Shown: positions 20,446 to 31,844, numbered from the stretch's first letter. The stretch: DNA of 64,000 nt from Candidatus Poribacteria bacterium (GCA_964291315.2 OZ219753.1:864001-928000), one strand, 5' to 3'. Notes: a model not told the origin generated them from the sequence alone. Numbers and translations are program-made.

Positions 20446-21690
20446 ATGTCAAAACGGATCAAAATTGGACTTATTGGATGTGGTATGATATCGGGTTCCC
20501 ATATCCGTGGATACCTTGCACATCCGCAGCATGCCGACATCGTGGCTATCTGCGATACGGTGGAGGCGAACGTAAGACGGAGAGCCGCGGAGGTAGTTTC
20601 TGTTGCAGCGTCTAATGCGGAGGCGACGTCTGCTGCTGCGGAAAAAGCAGAGACCTCGGAGGCACGCGAGCATTTGAGGGTCGATGCTGCACTCTTGAGA
20701 GAATATGCTAACAAGGGAGTCAAAATCTTTAGCGACTACAACGAGATGTTGAAGGTATGCGATTTAGACGCGGTCAGTCTTGCGTTACCGCCGTTCGTTC
20801 ATGAACCTGCGACAGTTGCAGCTGCGAAAGCGGGGTTGCATGTTTTCTGTGAAAAGCCGATGGCTCGTACCGCGACAGAGGCGCGGAATATGCGGGATGC
20901 TTGTGATGCAGCTGGCGTTAAACTCGCTTATCAGAGCGGGGGTACTTGTCTGGATCCGACAAGTTATGCGATTCGCGATTACATCACCTCTGGCAAGCTC
21001 GGCGATGTCTACTACGGACGCCTGACTAGTTACCGCGTCCGCGGCAGACCCAATGTGGATATGTTCGGTTACGGCGGGTGGTTCCTCAATTCCGTTTTTA
21101 GTGGTGGTGGAACGATATATGATACCGGTGTCTATCTCATCAACCGTTCTCTGTATTTGCTCGGTTCTCCGCAACCTGCGACTATTAGCGGGATTGCCTA
21201 CCGTGGAATGCTTCCTGAGTACACAGGTAAAGAAATTAACGATGTTGAGGAACATGCCTCTGTCTTTGTGCGGTTTACCAACGGCATGTCCTTCACTTAT
21301 GAAAATGGTTGGTCAAGTAATATGTCAGGCCAGCCACAAGGCATCTTTATTTTTGGGTCTAAGGGTTCGTTTAACAACGATAAGCTCTTCCTTGAAAAAG
21401 GCAAATGGGACACTGACGATCAAGGCAATCGTAGGCGTTATCAAGGGGATCTCGTCGAGACTTCGTTGGAGCTGCCAGATAAGGCTTTCCCCGATAAGTT
21501 TCGTGATTTTCTTGATGCTTGTAACAGCGAGGCGCAGCCTGTTAGCAACGGTGGTATCGGTCTGAATGTTACCGAGATTATGAGTGGTGCACTTTTGTCT
21601 GCCAAACTCGGTCGCGAGGTTAGTGTTGAGGAACTTTATCAACTAGAGGCGCTCCGCGCTGAACCGATACCGGGTTGGCCGATTCCATAA
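20446..21690 (+). CDS. Gfo/Idh/MocA family oxidoreductase
   Basis: IGLIGCGMIS, HVFCEKPMA, SGGGTIYDTGVY. Confidence 0.9.
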   Translation: MSKRIKIGLIGCGMISGSHIRGYLAHPQHADIVAICDTVEANVRRRAAEVVSVAASNAEATSAAAEKAETSEAREHLRVDAALLREYANKGVKIFSDYNEMLKVCDLDAVSLALPPFVHEPATVAAAKAGLHVFCEKPMARTATEARNMRDACDAAGVKLAYQSGGTCLDPTSYAIRDYITSGKLGDVYYGRLTSYRVRGRPNVDMFGYGGWFLNSVFSGGGTIYDTGVYLINRSLYLLGSPQPATISGIAYRGMLPEYTGKEINDVEEHASVFVRFTNGMSFTYENGWSSNMSGQPQGIFIFGSKGSFNNDKLFLEKGKWDTDDQGNRRRYQGDLVETSLELPDKAFPDKFRDFLDACNSEAQPVSNGGIGLNVTEIMSGALLSAKLGREVSVEELYQLEALRAEPIPGWPIP

Positions 21691-21714
21691 GGTTGTATTC
21701 TGAGGAATTTAAGG

Positions 21715-21743
21715 TTGACAATAAACCCTTAATCAGATATGAT
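21715..21743 (+). promoter_or_regulatory. sigma70 promoter of the molybdenum hydroxylase operon
   Basis: TTGACA-17bp-TATGAT. Confidence 0.6.
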
Positions 21744-21820
21744 TTAAGATGTCGCTGGGTGTGCGGCACCTATAGACTGCAAACTCCTTTTTTGGAGGAA
21801 CGTAAAACGGAGGATTAAAT

Positions 21821-22669
21821 TTGAGAAGTTTTGAGTTTTTTGAACCGACTACCCTTGCAGAGGCATCTCGTCTGTTTAGGGAGGAGCAAGCGCAGCTTCT
21901 TGCTGGCGGGACTGACCTTGTTATCGGTATGAAAGCGCTCACTGAAACGCCACAATCTGTGATTAGTCTTCAGAAAATTCCCGGGTTGGCTGGCATTAGC
22001 GCTGCAGCCGACGGTAGCATTAAGATTGGTGCGATGACGAAAGTTCGAACGGTTGAATTATCAGCGGATATCCAACAACGGCATGCTGCTTTGGCAGAGG
22101 GTGCTGCAGAAATTGGTTCTATCCAGATCCGGAACCTCGCTACTATCGGTGGAAACATTGCGCATGCTTCTCCGGCAGCGGATACTGTTGCCGGTCTGCT
22201 TGTTGCTGATGCTCAGGTCGACATCGCCGGTGCTGATGGTGAGCGGACTCTGCCAATCAGCGAGCTCTTCACGGGCCCGGGTCAGACCGCCTTGGTACCG
22301 GGTGAGATCATTACGTGTTTTCGTCTGCCGGGTGCTGTATCTGGATCCCACTATATCAAGCACAAAATCCGGGAGGTTATGGATTTAGCGTTTATCGGAG
22401 TTGCTGCTGCTGTCAATGTTGACAACGGTGTAATTAGAGAGGCGCGGATTGGACTTGCAGCGGTTGCCCCTACCCCGATTCGCGCGATTGAAGCAGAAAA
22501 TCTACTATCAGGGAAGGAGCTGACGGCTGAACTTCTAGCACAGGCGGGTGAAGCCGCTGCGGCTGCAGCTAGTCCGATATCTGATTTACGGTGCTCCGCG
22601 CAACATCGCAAAGAAATGGTTGACGTGCTTACGAAGCGAACTTTACAAGAGGCTGTCGCGAGAGCATAG
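21821..22669 (+). CDS. xanthine dehydrogenase family FAD-binding (medium) subunit
   Basis: LAGGTDL, IGSIQIRNLATIGGN, ASPAAD; TTG start with GGAGG RBS. Confidence 0.92.
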   Translation: MRSFEFFEPTTLAEASRLFREEQAQLLAGGTDLVIGMKALTETPQSVISLQKIPGLAGISAAADGSIKIGAMTKVRTVELSADIQQRHAALAEGAAEIGSIQIRNLATIGGNIAHASPAADTVAGLLVADAQVDIAGADGERTLPISELFTGPGQTALVPGEIITCFRLPGAVSGSHYIKHKIREVMDLAFIGVAAAVNVDNGVIREARIGLAAVAPTPIRAIEAENLLSGKELTAELLAQAGEAAAAAASPISDLRCSAQHRKEMVDVLTKRTLQEAVARA

Positions 22670-22770
22670 ATCCCAAAATTTGTTTCCAAACAGATCTGCC
22701 CGGGAATAAAGATGCGGCTCGTTTTGAACTATGGCATTATTATAAATATGTTATATATAAAGGGAAAAAT

Positions 22771-23250
22771 ATGGCAAAATACCAAGTCAATCTGAAGGTT
22801 AATGGCGACACACACGATTTACTCATCGAACCACGTAAGACCTTGTTGGCTGTACTTCGCGACACGGTTGGTTTGACTGGAACCAAAGAAGGGTGTAGCA
22901 CAGGGGACTGTGGTGCCTGCACTGTGATCGTTGACGGCAAAGCCGTCACCTCTTGTATGGTGCTTGCTGTCACTGCTTCTGGCAAAGAGATCACGACGAT
23001 TGAGGGCCTAGCGAGCGGAGGTGAGCTCCATCCTATTCAACAGGCGTTTATTGACACTGGGGGGTATCAGTGTGGTTTCTGCACGCCCGGTTTTATTATT
23101 GCATCAAAAGCGCTCTTAGATGAAGATCCGGATCGGAGCGAAGAAGAATTCAGGCATGCTCTTGGTGGGAATATCTGTCGCTGTACAGGATACACGAAGA
23201 TTCTTGAGGCGGTCATGAAAGCCGCGGAAGAGATTCGCGCAACTGCTTAA
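22771..23250 (+). CDS. xanthine dehydrogenase family 2Fe-2S (small) subunit
   Basis: GCSTGDCGAC, QCGFCTPG, NICRCTGY. Confidence 0.95.
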   Translation: MAKYQVNLKVNGDTHDLLIEPRKTLLAVLRDTVGLTGTKEGCSTGDCGACTVIVDGKAVTSCMVLAVTASGKEITTIEGLASGGELHPIQQAFIDTGGYQCGFCTPGFIIASKALLDEDPDRSEEEFRHALGGNICRCTGYTKILEAVMKAAEEIRATA

Positions 23251-23331
23251 AAATTATTGGACTGCCTGAAAGGTTATTTTAATAGGTACGTTTTTGAGTG
23301 CGCCTATGCTATCTGCTGAAAGGAGTATTAG

Positions 23332-25629
23332 ATGTCAGAATATACTGTTGTCGGTCAAAAGGTCGAACGGGTTGATGCGGTTGAAAAAGTGACTGGTGCT
23401 GCGCAATACGGGGCGGATGTACATCCGCCCGGAATGCTCTACGGTAAGCTTGTGCGTAGCAAGCATGCCCATGCTAACATACTCGGTATTGACACTAGCA
23501 AAGCCGAGAAGCTTCCCGGAGTCAAGGCGATTATTACCCAGGACGCTGTGCCGAGCGGGCGTAGGGTTTTCGCAACAGGTAAGGTGCTTTATTTCGGTGA
23601 ACCCGTTGCTGCTGTTGCTGCAACGGATCCTGATATTGCTGAGGAAGCAGCTGAACTCATTAAGATTGATTATGAGGTTCTACCGGTTGTTCAGGACGTT
23701 ATGGAGGCGATTAAACCGTCTGCTCCGCGTCTACACAGCGATGACACAAAGGATGGCCCCAACCGACGGGAGACCGCAGCGAAAATCCGCAGACTTTCGC
23801 GTGATAAAGAGAACGATCATAGTGATGAAATTAGCAAGCTTGAAGCTGCATTAGAGGCCTATCCTGATGAAGTTTATTACAACATTTCTGCCGAAAGCCA
23901 TTCTGAGGCGGGGGATGTTGAAAAAGGGTTTGCTGAGTCCGATGTTGTTGTTGAAGATACGTACGTGATTCCCCGTGTTCATCAAACCTATATGGAACCT
24001 CATGTTTCTGTTGCAAGTGCTGACTCGTCTGGCAAAATCACTGTCTGGGCGTCGACCCAGGGTCCCTTCGCTATCCGTTCTGGCATTGCTGGAACATTGG
24101 GGATTCCGTTGACTCGAATTAATGTTATCGGGACAACGATGGGCGGCGGTTTTGGTGGACGTTTTGGGGTTATCATTACGCATGTTCCGGCTGTTCTGCT
24201 TTCCCAGAGAACAGGTCGGCCGGTTCGGGTCCAGATGACGCGCGAAGAGGAATTTACAGATGGGAGACCGGCCCCGGGCTGTGTTATTAAGTTGAAGACA
24301 GGTGCTTCTAAAGATGGTCGTATCCTTGCGCGCCAAGCACTCGCTTTTTGGGATTCTGGTTCTGTCTCCGGTGCGTCGATCGGTAGCACAATTCGTGTTC
24401 GTGGGGTCTACAAGATTCCCAATCTCAAGGTAGACGCTTACGGTGTTCATACCAACAAGTCTGGTACAGCTGCCTATAGGGCACCCGGTGCGCCACAGGC
24501 CATTTTTGCGGGAGAATCCCAGCTCGACGAAATTGCTGAGCGGGTCGGTATGGATCCAGTTGAATTCCGTCTGCTGAATATGCGCGAAGAGGGTGATTCT
24601 GTTCCGGCGGGTGGGAGTGAACCTAAGGTCGGATACAAAGAGACTTTACAAGCTGTGGCTGATGCTGCTGGATGGTGGGATCGGAAAGCAGGTGAAAACC
24701 AAGGATGGGGCGTTGCTGTCGGGGATTGGACAAACGGATGTGGGCCTGGCGGCGTCTATGTTTCTGTGCATGAGGATGGCAGTGTTCGTATCTTTCACGG
24801 TTCTATGGACATCACTGGAACAGACACTGCAATTTCACAGATTGTTGCCGAAATTTTGACTGTGCCTTATGAGAATGTCACGATTCGGCGGGGAGATACT
24901 GACTCTGCCCCTTATTCAACGGGTTCGGGTGGAAGCGTTGTCACCTTCACAATGGGTAACACTGCTAAATTAGCGGCTGAAGATGCACACTGCCGTATTC
25001 TTGAGCTGGCATCGGAGCGACTCAACATGAACGTTGACAACCTTGAGCTCAGGGAAGGTGCTGTTCATGTTGTCAGCGCTGATCCACCGAAATCTATTTC
25101 ATTGGGTGAACTCGCTGCGTATAGTCTCTCCACAACAGGTGGGCCTATTGTTGGAAAGGGTGCCTTCGCGCGCCAATCCAGTACACCTGCACTTGCTGCG
25201 CAGATTGCCAAGGTTGAGGTGGACCCGGAGACCGGCAGGACTCGGGTGCTTAAACTGGTGGCTTCGCAAGATGTGGGCTTCGCTATTAATCCAATGGCCG
25301 TCGAAGGCCAGATTGAGGGCGGAACCGTTCAAGGCTACGCTTGGGCGATGATGGAGGAGATGCAATACTGCGAAAGCGGTAATATCAATCCTGGGTTTGT
25401 TGACTACCGCGTCCCGACCTCTGCAGATCTTCCTACAGTAAAGTCTGTTATCGTTGAAGTCCCGGCACCCAATGGTCCTTACGGTGCTAAAGGTGTTGGT
25501 GAACCGCCAATCACGCCGACATTGGCAACCATGGCAAACGCCGTCAAAAATGCTGTCGGTGTGCGGATTACCGAATTGCCCATTAAACCTGAAAAGGTTG
25601 TTCAGGCATTAAGAAACAACGGACGCTAA
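23332..25629 (+). CDS. xanthine dehydrogenase family molybdopterin-binding (large) subunit
   Basis: GGGFGG, AYRAPG, GQIEGG, GPYGAKGVGE. Confidence 0.93.
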   Translation: MSEYTVVGQKVERVDAVEKVTGAAQYGADVHPPGMLYGKLVRSKHAHANILGIDTSKAEKLPGVKAIITQDAVPSGRRVFATGKVLYFGEPVAAVAATDPDIAEEAAELIKIDYEVLPVVQDVMEAIKPSAPRLHSDDTKDGPNRRETAAKIRRLSRDKENDHSDEISKLEAALEAYPDEVYYNISAESHSEAGDVEKGFAESDVVVEDTYVIPRVHQTYMEPHVSVASADSSGKITVWASTQGPFAIRSGIAGTLGIPLTRINVIGTTMGGGFGGRFGVIITHVPAVLLSQRTGRPVRVQMTREEEFTDGRPAPGCVIKLKTGASKDGRILARQALAFWDSGSVSGASIGSTIRVRGVYKIPNLKVDAYGVHTNKSGTAAYRAPGAPQAIFAGESQLDEIAERVGMDPVEFRLLNMREEGDSVPAGGSEPKVGYKETLQAVADAAGWWDRKAGENQGWGVAVGDWTNGCGPGGVYVSVHEDGSVRIFHGSMDITGTDTAISQIVAEILTVPYENVTIRRGDTDSAPYSTGSGGSVVTFTMGNTAKLAAEDAHCRILELASERLNMNVDNLELREGAVHVVSADPPKSISLGELAAYSLSTTGGPIVGKGAFARQSSTPALAAQIAKVEVDPETGRTRVLKLVASQDVGFAINPMAVEGQIEGGTVQGYAWAMMEEMQYCESGNINPGFVDYRVPTSADLPTVKSVIVEVPAPNGPYGAKGVGEPPITPTLATMANAVKNAVGVRITELPIKPEKVVQALRNNGR

Positions 25630-25637
25630 TCTATTTA

Positions 25638-25705
25638 CAGGTGTCAGCTACTTGCTGGTGGCAGAGAAAGCATCTCTAACGACCACACCTCTTAATTGAC
25701 ACCTG
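25638..25705. repeat. intergenic inverted repeat (REP-like element or terminator)
   Basis: CAGGTGTCAG...TTGACACCTG. Confidence 0.4.
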
Positions 25706-25728
25706 ATTCCGATATAAGCAGGGAAAAT

Positions 25729-26445
25729 ATGTTTGGTGAAATTAGAAACGAACACGGTGAACGTCTCGATTATACCTTTCATGAGGGCAAGGCCGGCAGA
25801 ATTGTGGTGATTGGACATGGTGTCACTGGCAATAAAGATCGTCCTGCCCTCGTTGCTTTGGCGGAAGGGCTTGCGGCTGCAGGTATCTCTGCCCTGCGCT
25901 TCTCATTTTCAGGCAACGGTGAATCGGAAGGCGCATTTACAGATTCAACTATCACAAAAGAGGTTGCGGACCTGGGGAGTATCATTGATACGATCAAAGG
26001 ATATCGTGTGTGCTATGTCGGCCATAGCATGGGTGGCGCGGTTGGTGTCTTGCGCGCCGCTGGCGATCAACGCATCCAAATTCTCGTCTCGCTTGCCGGG
26101 ATGGTGAATACACGAGCGTTTGCAGCACGCGAATTTGGCGACATCACACCGAACGAGGGCTTCATGTGGGATGAACCGGACTGTCCGCTGTCACAGGCCT
26201 ATATGGATGACATGGCAACGATTGGCAGTGTTGCAGAACGTGCAAGTGAATTCGAGGTGCCCTGGCTGCTCGTCCACGGCACCGAAGACGATATTGTCCC
26301 TATCGAAGATAGCCACGACATTCTTCAATACGCAAGTGAGCAAACAGATCTCCTTGAGATGCCGGGCGTAGATCATGTTTTTTCTGGCGAGGGTAGTGCT
26401 GTCATGGTCGAAAAAGTTGTGGCGTGGATTGATAAAAGGTTGTGA
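25729..26445 (+). CDS. alpha/beta hydrolase
   Basis: GHSMGG nucleophile elbow, HGTEDDIV, DHVF. Confidence 0.9.
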   Translation: MFGEIRNEHGERLDYTFHEGKAGRIVVIGHGVTGNKDRPALVALAEGLAAAGISALRFSFSGNGESEGAFTDSTITKEVADLGSIIDTIKGYRVCYVGHSMGGAVGVLRAAGDQRIQILVSLAGMVNTRAFAAREFGDITPNEGFMWDEPDCPLSQAYMDDMATIGSVAERASEFEVPWLLVHGTEDDIVPIEDSHDILQYASEQTDLLEMPGVDHVFSGEGSAVMVEKVVAWIDKRL

Positions 26446-26565
26446 TGGAATACATCTGATATCGAGTCAAGTGTCTAAAAGGCGATAAGAAACACATGGA
26501 TTTATCCGTTGTGGGTATCACAAATTGATTTGCATCAAAAAAAAGAGTTTAGTAGACTTTAACAT

Positions 26566-26916
26566 ATGTTGAACTCGTTTTTCTTCGGTGGTAAAAGTCG
26601 GGGTCCCCTTCGATTTTTACGTTTTCTTTTTCATATTCCAAACTTTGCCAAACTCACATGGCGACTCTTTGGCGATCAACGGATCCCTATCCATCGCAAG
26701 GCGATTCTGATTCTCGCTGAATTCATCGCTATTATATTTGCTGCTGCCTACTTACTCAACCCCCTCGATTTCGATTTTCTCCCGATTTTCGGTCGCATTG
26801 ACGACATTTTCATCGGAGCTTTTGTGATTCTTGTACCGGGGGCATGGTTGTTCATTCGATTATGTCCGAAGAATATTGTCCAAGAACATGTCGACCAAAT
26901 TTCACGTGGCACGTAA
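26566..26916 (+). CDS. DUF1232 (YkvA) family membrane protein
   Basis: YLLNPLDFDFLPIFGRIDD. Confidence 0.8.
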   Translation: MLNSFFFGGKSRGPLRFLRFLFHIPNFAKLTWRLFGDQRIPIHRKAILILAEFIAIIFAAAYLLNPLDFDFLPIFGRIDDIFIGAFVILVPGAWLFIRLCPKNIVQEHVDQISRGT

Positions 26917-27090
26917 ATACAACCTCACCACGCAGCTATTCCAACACAGTATTTTGCCAGAGACGCTACGTTTTTCTTTTTTGCAACTTTATTTTGTAAT
27001 AGGTGTATCTGTAAGGCGAAAAAACGGACCAATTAAAAAAAGGTTACCAGATTCGGTACCTGCTCAAAATTACATCAGGAGGTTTATATA

Positions 27091-28656
27091 ATGTCCAAAC
27101 TCAGGAGCAGACTACATAACCCAGTACGGGTATTATTGATTTTAGCGGCGTTTGTCATCGTAGTAGCGGTTGTTATTGACCGGGAAGCGGATGATCTCAC
27201 GTTGCAAACTGCAATCGGGCAGACCAATGACACACTTCAAACATCGGATGATTTTCAGTACTTGGAGCGCTCGAATCGTGCTTTTATTGATCTAGTAGCA
27301 CGAACGCGCCCGGCCGTTGTGCAAATTACGACCAAAACAGTGCGTGAACAGAGGCGGCCGCCGAGCAGTCGTTTCGGTGATGATTTTTACAGGTACTTCT
27401 TTGGTCCTGAATTCGAAGTTGATCCAGAAGCTGAAATAGAACCAATCACGGGCCTCGGTTCAGGCGTGATCGTTCGCGAGGATGGCTATATTTTAACGAA
27501 CAATCATGTCATTGACGGCGTTGACGATATTACTGTCATCCTCGCAAACGGTCGGGAGTATGAAGGCGAATTAGTCGGTAGTGATTCGGCAAGTCGAAGG
27601 GGTGGTGGCAGCGATCTTGCCCTCATTAAAATAGATGAGAAAGCCCTACCCACTTTACAATTCGGCGATTCAGATGCCCTTGAAGTTGGCGAATGGGTGA
27701 TTGCAATAGGATCACCGCTGGGTCTTTCGCAGAGTGTAACGCGCGGCATCGTTAGTGCAAAAAGCAGGACTGAATTCAGCGCTAGTGTTCCGTACAGTGA
27801 CTTTATTCAAACCGACGCACCCATTAACCGTGGCAACAGTGGCGGTGCCCTGATTAACATTCGCGGTGAGCTAGTCGGTATCAATACCTTAATCGCCACT
27901 GGCGGTTATTCTAGAGGGAACATCGGTCTCGGTTTCGCTGTTTCGGGTAACATGGCGAAACAGCTGATACCAGATCTGATCGAAAACGGAAAAGTTGTAC
28001 GCGGCTGGCTCGGAATCCAGATGGATGCAGTCGGATATGATTTAGCAGATAAACTGCAATTTGAAGAACCAAAGGGTGTCATTGTCGAACGAGTTATCAA
28101 AGATAGCCCCGCTGAAAAAGCCGGAATCCAACCCCGCGATATCATCCTCGAATTTGATGGAAAAACGGTTCGAGGCATACAGCATATGATGTACACTGTT
28201 GCTGCCACAAAAGTAGGCAAACCTGTGGAATTAAAGGTGCTACGACGGGGGAGTCAAGAGAAACAACTCACTGTCGAGTTAGCAGAGAGAACAGCTGAAG
28301 TTGTCAATACACCCGAAGACAGAATATTTCGCCGAGAGCAAGAAGAATTGTTTGCGGGCATCCGCGTTCAAGATCTAAATCCGGTAATTGCGCAGCGCTA
28401 CGGATACTCTCCAAGCGAAACGGGTGTAATCGTCACGGAGGTCGAAAGACGTAGCGATGCTCAGAAAAAAGGTATCAGACGCGGGTATCTCATTCAAGAG
28501 ATAGAATGGAGATCCGTGGAGGATCTTAAGACGTATTCTGAGCATGTTAAGAAAGTGAAAAAAGAGAAAAAGGAAAAAGTTCTCCTCTATGTCAAATCGC
28601 CAGATGGACGTGGCGGGGGCTATGTTACGGTGAAAGTTTCGACATCGGATCGATAA
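27091..28656 (+). CDS. degP: DegP/HtrA serine endoprotease with two PDZ domains
   Basis: GSGVI, LTNNHV, SDLAL, IQTDAPINRGNSGG, RGWLGI. Confidence 0.9.
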   Translation: MSKLRSRLHNPVRVLLILAAFVIVVAVVIDREADDLTLQTAIGQTNDTLQTSDDFQYLERSNRAFIDLVARTRPAVVQITTKTVREQRRPPSSRFGDDFYRYFFGPEFEVDPEAEIEPITGLGSGVIVREDGYILTNNHVIDGVDDITVILANGREYEGELVGSDSASRRGGGSDLALIKIDEKALPTLQFGDSDALEVGEWVIAIGSPLGLSQSVTRGIVSAKSRTEFSASVPYSDFIQTDAPINRGNSGGALINIRGELVGINTLIATGGYSRGNIGLGFAVSGNMAKQLIPDLIENGKVVRGWLGIQMDAVGYDLADKLQFEEPKGVIVERVIKDSPAEKAGIQPRDIILEFDGKTVRGIQHMMYTVAATKVGKPVELKVLRRGSQEKQLTVELAERTAEVVNTPEDRIFRREQEELFAGIRVQDLNPVIAQRYGYSPSETGVIVTEVERRSDAQKKGIRRGYLIQEIEWRSVEDLKTYSEHVKKVKKEKKEKVLLYVKSPDGRGGGYVTVKVSTSDR

Positions 28657-28692
28657 TTAACGCTCATTGGTATTGAGAGGAACAGACTGCTG

Positions 28693-29694
28693 ATGAAAGC
28701 CCAGCGGGTCGTTTGGCCCAGTCATGCCAAGGTTGAAATTGAGACGTTTACCTTGCCCTCTGTCGGGGATGATGAGGTGCTTGTTGCTACGGAATGCACG
28801 CTCATCAGCCCCGGCACAGAGCGTGCCTTTTTATTACACCTCCCGAACGCCCAGGGCCGATATCCGTCGCGCCCTGGGTACAGCAATATCGGTAGAGTCG
28901 TAGAGGTTGGAAAATTGGTTACGAGCTACAAGGTGGGCGAACGGGTTGCTTCAACCCAGGGACACACTAGTCACTTTGTAACCTGCCCCAGCCGCTTGTT
29001 AAAGGTTACCTCTAGCGATGTTCCTGCCGAAGAAATTGTCTTTTTCAATTTGGGTGCGATCGCATTACAGGGCGTTCGCAAGGCAAGGATTGAATTAGGT
29101 GAGGCTACGTTGGTTTTAGGACAAGGTCTTATCGGCTTACTTGCTATGCAACTCTCAAAACTTAGTGGGGCTATGCCGCTTATTGCAGCTGATCTTACTG
29201 ATGCTCGACTTGAGCTTGCTAAAGAGGTCGGAGCAGACTATGTTCTCAATCCAGAGGCTGCCGATTTCTCCGCACAGCTAAGGGATGCCACTAACGGTAA
29301 TGGTCCGTCGATCAGCATTGAGGCAACCGGGCATCCAGATGGCATTAGGACCGCCTTGGCTGCAGCTGGTTGGGGGGCGCGTGTAATCCTATTGGCAAGC
29401 ACACGCGGGGAAACGTCGAGTGTGAACTTCTACCGAGACGTGCATAAGAAGGGACTTATCCTTTATGGCGCACACAACTCAATCCGTCCACGGCAAGAAT
29501 CTTCATCGAATTTCTGGACGCTTGAAGACGATAGTCGCTTGTTACTATCGCTGATCGTACAGAAACGGCTTAATGTTGCCTCGTTGATTAGTCATCGTGT
29601 GCTTGGCGAGGATGCCCCGAAGGCGTATCAACTGCTCATGGAATGGGATCCCGGTTTCCTCGGTGTTGTCCTGCAGTGGAACAACGGCCGGTAG
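28693..29694 (+). CDS. MDR/zinc-binding alcohol dehydrogenase-like oxidoreductase
   Basis: [23 protein letters not shown]. Confidence 0.85.
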   Translation: MKAQRVVWPSHAKVEIETFTLPSVGDDEVLVATECTLISPGTERAFLLHLPNAQGRYPSRPGYSNIGRVVEVGKLVTSYKVGERVASTQGHTSHFVTCPSRLLKVTSSDVPAEEIVFFNLGAIALQGVRKARIELGEATLVLGQGLIGLLAMQLSKLSGAMPLIAADLTDARLELAKEVGADYVLNPEAADFSAQLRDATNGNGPSISIEATGHPDGIRTALAAAGWGARVILLASTRGETSSVNFYRDVHKKGLILYGAHNSIRPRQESSSNFWTLEDDSRLLLSLIVQKRLNVASLISHRVLGEDAPKAYQLLMEWDPGFLGVVLQWNNGR

Positions 29695-29714
29695 GGGCGG
29701 GACCAAAGGAAAAG

Positions 29715-31844
29715 ATGGCACGCGAATACCCGATTGAAAATGTTCGCAACATCGGCATTGCTGCACACATTGATGCTGGTAAAACAACTACAACTGAACG
29801 GATCCTGTTTTACACCGGAAAAAAGCATAAAATCGGTGCAGTAGATGATGGCACTGCTGAGATGGATTGGATGGTACAGGAACGGGAACGCGGTGTGACG
29901 ATTACAGCTGCCGCGACTACCTGTTTCTGGCGTCAACATGCAATTCATCTCATTGATACCCCTGGACATGTAGATTTCACCGTAGAGGTGGAGCGCTCAT
30001 TCAGGGTCTTAGATGGTGCTATTGCACTTTTTTGTGCTGTTGGCGGTGTCGAACCGCAATCTGAAAATGTCTGGTGCCAGGCGGAACGTTATAACGTACC
30101 ACGTATCGTTTTCATCAATAAAATGGATAGAGTTGGTGCGAATTTCGATCGCGTTCTAGAGATGATTCAAGAGCGTTTAGATGCAACGCCTCTTCCGCTC
30201 CAATTACCTATCGGTGAAGGCCCCGATTTCACGGGTATTATCGATGTGCTGACACAAAAGGCGATGCATTGGGATGCGACTGATTCTGGACAGACCTATA
30301 CAGAAACGGAGATTCCTTCTGAACTTGAAGCTGAGGTGGCCCAGGCGCAAGAGAGTCTGCTTGAAAATATCGCTGTTGAAGATGAAATCTTGCTTGAAAA
30401 ATACTTAGGCGGGGCGGATATCAGCTACCGCGAGTTATTGGCAGGTATTCGCGCAGCGACGCTAAAAGGAGCATTAGTGCCTGTATTGTGTGGAAGCTCC
30501 CTCAAGAATCAGGGGGTTCAGCCTCTGCTTGATGCGGTGATCGATTTTCTTCCTTCTCCTGTTGATGTCCCGCCCATCGAAGGCACCTTGCCACATACAG
30601 TCTCTCTAAAGCGGCATTCGGGAAGCTCAAAAGATACAACTACCGAAACAGGTAGGATGACTCGCACTGCAGATGAAGCAGGCCCCCTCGCAGCTTTAGC
30701 GTTTAAGGTAGTAAGTCATCCGACTGTAGACAAACTCGTGTATTGTCGTCTCTATTCAGGCGCGTTGAAACGGGGAGACGTTGTTTATAACGTCCGTTCT
30801 GAGAAGCGAGAACGCGTTAATCGGATTTTGCAGATGCACGCGAATAAAGAGACTGTATCTGACACTGCTTATGCCGGCGATATTGTCGCCTTGGTCGGAC
30901 TCAAGCACACGAAAACGGGTGACACGGTCACCGATGAAAAAGAACCGATTCTGCTCGAAGCGATCACATTTCCAGAACCGGTGATATCTATCGCTATTGA
31001 GCCTGAACGTGCTAGCGATGCGGATACATTGGAGGAAACCCTCGAAAAATTGATGGACGAGGATCCGACGTTTACAGTCGGGATCGACAAGGATACCGGG
31101 CAGCGGGTTATCTCAGGAATGGGCGAACTCCATCTGGAGGTTTTGACCGACCGGATGATACGTGAATTTGGTGTTAAGGCCCGGGTTAGTAAACTTCAGG
31201 TCGCGTATCGCGAAACGATCGGCATTGTGGCAGAAGCTCGCGGGACATATATTCATAAAACGGATGAGGAAGGTATTTATGGCGACGTGTTGCTCAGGGT
31301 CGAACCCTTAGAACGCGGCAACGGATTTCAGTTTGAGGATGAGACAGACGAAACGCAGATTCCGCGGCAATATATAGCATCTATTGAGAATGCACTTGAA
31401 GGTGCGATGGGAACCGGACCACGTATCGGCTACCCGCTGCAAGATGTCAAAGTAACACTGACGGGAGGTACTTATCATCCGACTGATTCCTCGGAAATTG
31501 CATTCGAAGCAGCAGCTGTTCTTGCGTTTGAAAATGCTGTCGGAAAGGCGAGGCCCTTACTCTTAGAACCGATTATGCGGATACATATCACCGTTTCTAA
31601 TGAACATGTCGGCAGCGTTATCGGAGACCTAAATTCACGTCGTGCTCAGATTAATGAGAGTGCTATGCAAGATGCCTCTGTAAACGTCATCAATGCCTTT
31701 ATCCCTTTGTCAGAAACGTTTCAATACACAACCCAACTCCGCTCGATGACGCGGGGGCGTGGGGCTTTTACATTGGAATTTTCGCACTACGATGTTGTGC
31801 CGGAGTCTCTTGGCCCCGGAGTCAAGGGTTCTACTTCGGCTTAG
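29715..31844 (+). CDS. fusA: elongation factor G (orphan copy)
   Basis: [44 protein letters not shown]; ATG at 29715 follows AAGGA. Confidence 0.92.
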   Translation: MAREYPIENVRNIGIAAHIDAGKTTTTERILFYTGKKHKIGAVDDGTAEMDWMVQERERGVTITAAATTCFWRQHAIHLIDTPGHVDFTVEVERSFRVLDGAIALFCAVGGVEPQSENVWCQAERYNVPRIVFINKMDRVGANFDRVLEMIQERLDATPLPLQLPIGEGPDFTGIIDVLTQKAMHWDATDSGQTYTETEIPSELEAEVAQAQESLLENIAVEDEILLEKYLGGADISYRELLAGIRAATLKGALVPVLCGSSLKNQGVQPLLDAVIDFLPSPVDVPPIEGTLPHTVSLKRHSGSSKDTTTETGRMTRTADEAGPLAALAFKVVSHPTVDKLVYCRLYSGALKRGDVVYNVRSEKRERVNRILQMHANKETVSDTAYAGDIVALVGLKHTKTGDTVTDEKEPILLEAITFPEPVISIAIEPERASDADTLEETLEKLMDEDPTFTVGIDKDTGQRVISGMGELHLEVLTDRMIREFGVKARVSKLQVAYRETIGIVAEARGTYIHKTDEEGIYGDVLLRVEPLERGNGFQFEDETDETQIPRQYIASIENALEGAMGTGPRIGYPLQDVKVTLTGGTYHPTDSSEIAFEAAAVLAFENAVGKARPLLLEPIMRIHITVSNEHVGSVIGDLNSRRAQINESAMQDASVNVINAFIPLSETFQYTTQLRSMTRGRGAFTLEFSHYDVVPESLGPGVKGSTSA

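Noticed and set aside
23332-25629. Aerobic CO dehydrogenase (coxL)
   Set aside because: The active-site loop is AYRAPG, not AYxCSFR, and no coxDEFG genes are adjacent
29643-29714. Longer N-terminus for EF-G
   Set aside because: It overlaps the upstream gene; ATG at 29715 has an RBS and matches typical EF-G starts
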